Shown piece after piece: positions 35,205 through 37,572 of a stretch of DNA of 37,572 bases. The stretch comes from Catajapyx aquilonaris (taxonomy: Eukaryota), in assembly GCA_000934665.2 (NCBI GenBank), contig KZ538037.1:124001-161572 (forward strand), written 5' to 3'. Position numbers and translations under genes: made by a program. How positions within the stretch are numbered: position 1 is the stretch's first letter; each line of letters opens with the position of its first letter. The notes beneath the pieces are model-generated. The model was not told the origin of the DNA. It was given only the letters and a program-made list of their open reading frames with translations, and searched no databases.

Positions 35205-37177
35205 TATATATTTATTTATTTACCTCTGAGGGCAGGATAACACACAATGTTATTATAGTCTATCAATTCATATATTGCTACAGGGAAAATGCCCCTTAAT
35301 ATTGCTGAAGAAATAATCTAAAATAATATTTGATATGAAGCATTAACTTTTCAATTAGTTCAAATGTAAAAGTTCCAGGGAAAATACATTATACAAATTG
35401 GCATATAGAAAAGCTGAATTTCATATCAGAATGAAAGAGCACTCTTTTCCGGATTAGATGCAAGGCGAAAAACCCCATTATGCAAGAAGGCTCATCTTCT
35501 AAGTAAGTGATATACTGTGGACTGGAGGCAAAAAGTTTGAAACTTTCTACAAGTGGAATTTGTAGCATAAAGTGCAAGGTTGAGTGTGGGTGTAGTTATG
35601 GTGGATTTTAGTGTCTTTTCTTGAGAGGCTCCCCCCTCAGAGAGATATGACTGGTCCCTTAGCATGGAAAAGGTATCGTGGCGAGGATGGTGGGGGCTGA
35701 GACTGGGGTGGGGGCGTTTAAACGTAATGAGATGCAGAGAAATGGGATGCGTTGCAGAGTCTGGGGAGAAAGTTTTGCATGGCATGTCTTAAGAAAATCC
35801 ATCTCCCCCACCCCCTCCCTCCATCTGGCATGCTTGGCATGCAGGTAAGGAAGCCATCTGCCTGCAGGAGGGATGTTTAATTCGGCCATTTCTAAGCAGG
35901 AGGTGCAATGTGGCAGAAGGGAGCTTCTGCAGGGAGCCGCCATCATTCCTACAACCTAGCTCTCTCCATCAACTCACATGCCACACAAGTTTGCCTTTTC
36001 TCCCCTCCTATCTAACCCGCCTCCTTCTCTTGCAACCCCATCTGACGTGGGTGTGGCGCATCTCCTTTGTCTCGTCTACCATTTTCTTATCTGGATCCCC
36101 ACAACTCCATCTCCTCTCAACCTCCACACGCATCGACTGCTGCGTATCAAAATACCAGAAGAATAGAAGCTGCAATAAACATTTGGAGTCGTGACTTGCT
36201 AATCGCAATTGGCAAAATCCAGTTGTGCAGAACCAGTTGGGTTTTGGCAAGGGCCTGTCCAATGGGACATGCGTAATGGCTGCGTGCACCTGGTTTAAGG
36301 ATTTGGTGGGGGAGGGGGGGGGGTGTAGAGAAGCGTAAAATAGAAGCGCGGGGATCCACCCACCACACAGACCATTGGCGGGAGAACTCTTTTCCTAAAT
36401 CCTTCTCTGGACTTGGATTTTTATAGGACTGGGTATTTTTTTTTATACGTGCAGGTGGGTGCGACTTGGATGGATAAGTCCTCTTCTCTATAAAGTAGAA
36501 TCAAATGGAAAATAGAGAGGGGGTCCCATCCATGCAGTTTTGGGTGGAGGTTAGTGCATCATGCATGCTATTGATCCGACTCGTCAAAATGGCAGCTGCG
36601 CCTTTCTCCTCTTCATTTGGTCTGAAGCTGGTAGCCACATGCTCTGGCTTTTGGTTCAAACAAAAATAAATGACTACTAGTTGAATGCGGTGCTATCTCA
36701 GCCGCATTTTTATCGTCGCTCTAATAATTTGTTTATGGCCACATCGCCGCTATTATTAACACCGTCAAGCGGCCAATTAATGTGGGAAGATTTTCTCATG
36801 TTCAACAGAATTTAAAAATACTGATGTAAACTCGATATTATACGAGCTCGTAACCCAAAGTGATGCTAATATCCTAACTGGTTTGGGCTTCATTGAGGTA
36901 ATGAATAGACCTGCTAGAAAAAGCTTAAATATCAGCAGGTGTAAATTCTTTACAATATTTGCGTACGATTGTAAAATCACATAAGTTATGTCCCAGTTTT
37001 CCCTAATAAACATGTTTTGTGCAGACTCGGTTTTAGCACGTGGAGTATGATATGTCAATTCTGTATTTGCGTCCGGTAGGGAATTCCTTATTGCCCCTGT
37101 TCTAAGAACAAAATACTGTACATTATTGCTTTTGGCTGGGGGACATAATTATTGTTCCATTAGAGACAATTAAATGT

Positions 37178-37298
37178 TTATTATGTTGTGTTGGAAATGT
37201 ACAGAGGGAATATTCTGGACATCATACTGTAATATGCTGCTCTGTGGGCTGTTATGACCTGTAGAATATTTCCTATATTTTGATTGACAACATAATAA
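37178..37298. repeat. Degenerate inverted repeat (old MITE core)
   Basis: TTATTATGTTGT / ACAACATAATAA and GGAATATTCT / AGAATATTTCC are symmetrically placed. Confidence 0.55.
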
Positions 37299-37479
37299 GC
37301 CGTCACACTGGTCACAGCAAAGTATTATCATGACTTCCAAGCAAAATTATGATGAATTTAGGTCTTTAGAATACACCAAGGAGAGTCGCGCTATACCTGA
37401 CAAAAATACAAGATACAAGATTTAGTTTTCCTTATACCGCTATAGAGTGAACATGATCGAGGATCTATTACTGTGTATA

Positions 37480-37572
37480 CAGGGTGTTTATTGTAACTCT
37501 GCAAAGACTTTCAGGGGTAATAGAGGGGACCAAGACAAGTATTTTTGACATAGGAACCTGTGTCCGGAAACG
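37480..37572. mobile_element. Left end of a Tc1/mariner-type element, truncated by the window edge
   Basis: TA|CAGGGTGTTT terminus matches the tips of the two MITEs in this window. The partner TIR is not visible. Confidence 0.6.

Noticed and set aside
170..37058. Remaining 60-170 aa six-frame ORFs
   Set aside because: Low-complexity or random-looking translations, overlapping on both strands, many from non-ATG starts or spanning N gaps, with no recognisable domains.
1..37572. CRISPR array, operon or prokaryotic defence system
   Set aside because: No regularly spaced repeat array and no gene-dense coding structure. SINEs, Tc1/MITEs, microsatellites and splice signals indicate animal nuclear DNA.

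Overview
Non-coding eukaryotic DNA, most likely from an invertebrate animal (arthropod-like core-promoter and transposon signatures). There is no credible intact protein-coding gene, CRISPR array or rRNA gene. The only recognisable coding relic is a decayed Tc1-family (DD34E) transposase inside an unusual foldback element at 11291-12626, in which both ends are transposase 3' ends. A transposon island at about 10.0-14.7 kb also holds a V-domain-like SINE remnant, a ~480-bp foldback element with an apparent 8-bp target duplication, a full-length tRNA-derived SINE with a nested MITE, and a 143-bp MITE. More TA-flanked CAGGGTG-ended elements lie at 35.0 and 37.5 kb. Outside the repeats the window looks like the 5' regulatory and intronic region of a large + strand gene. 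It has an exactly spaced Inr+DPE core promoter at 816-849, small apparently non-coding exons (3403-3480, 21849-21897), a probable second GC-rich promoter near 21.4 kb, several AG|GT junctions that resemble recursive splice sites, and many homeodomain and YY1/Pho-type motifs. The host gene cannot be identified from this window. I found no clear evidence of a wholly new biological system; the best leads are the double-3'-end Tc1 foldback and the promoter/recursive-splicing architecture.
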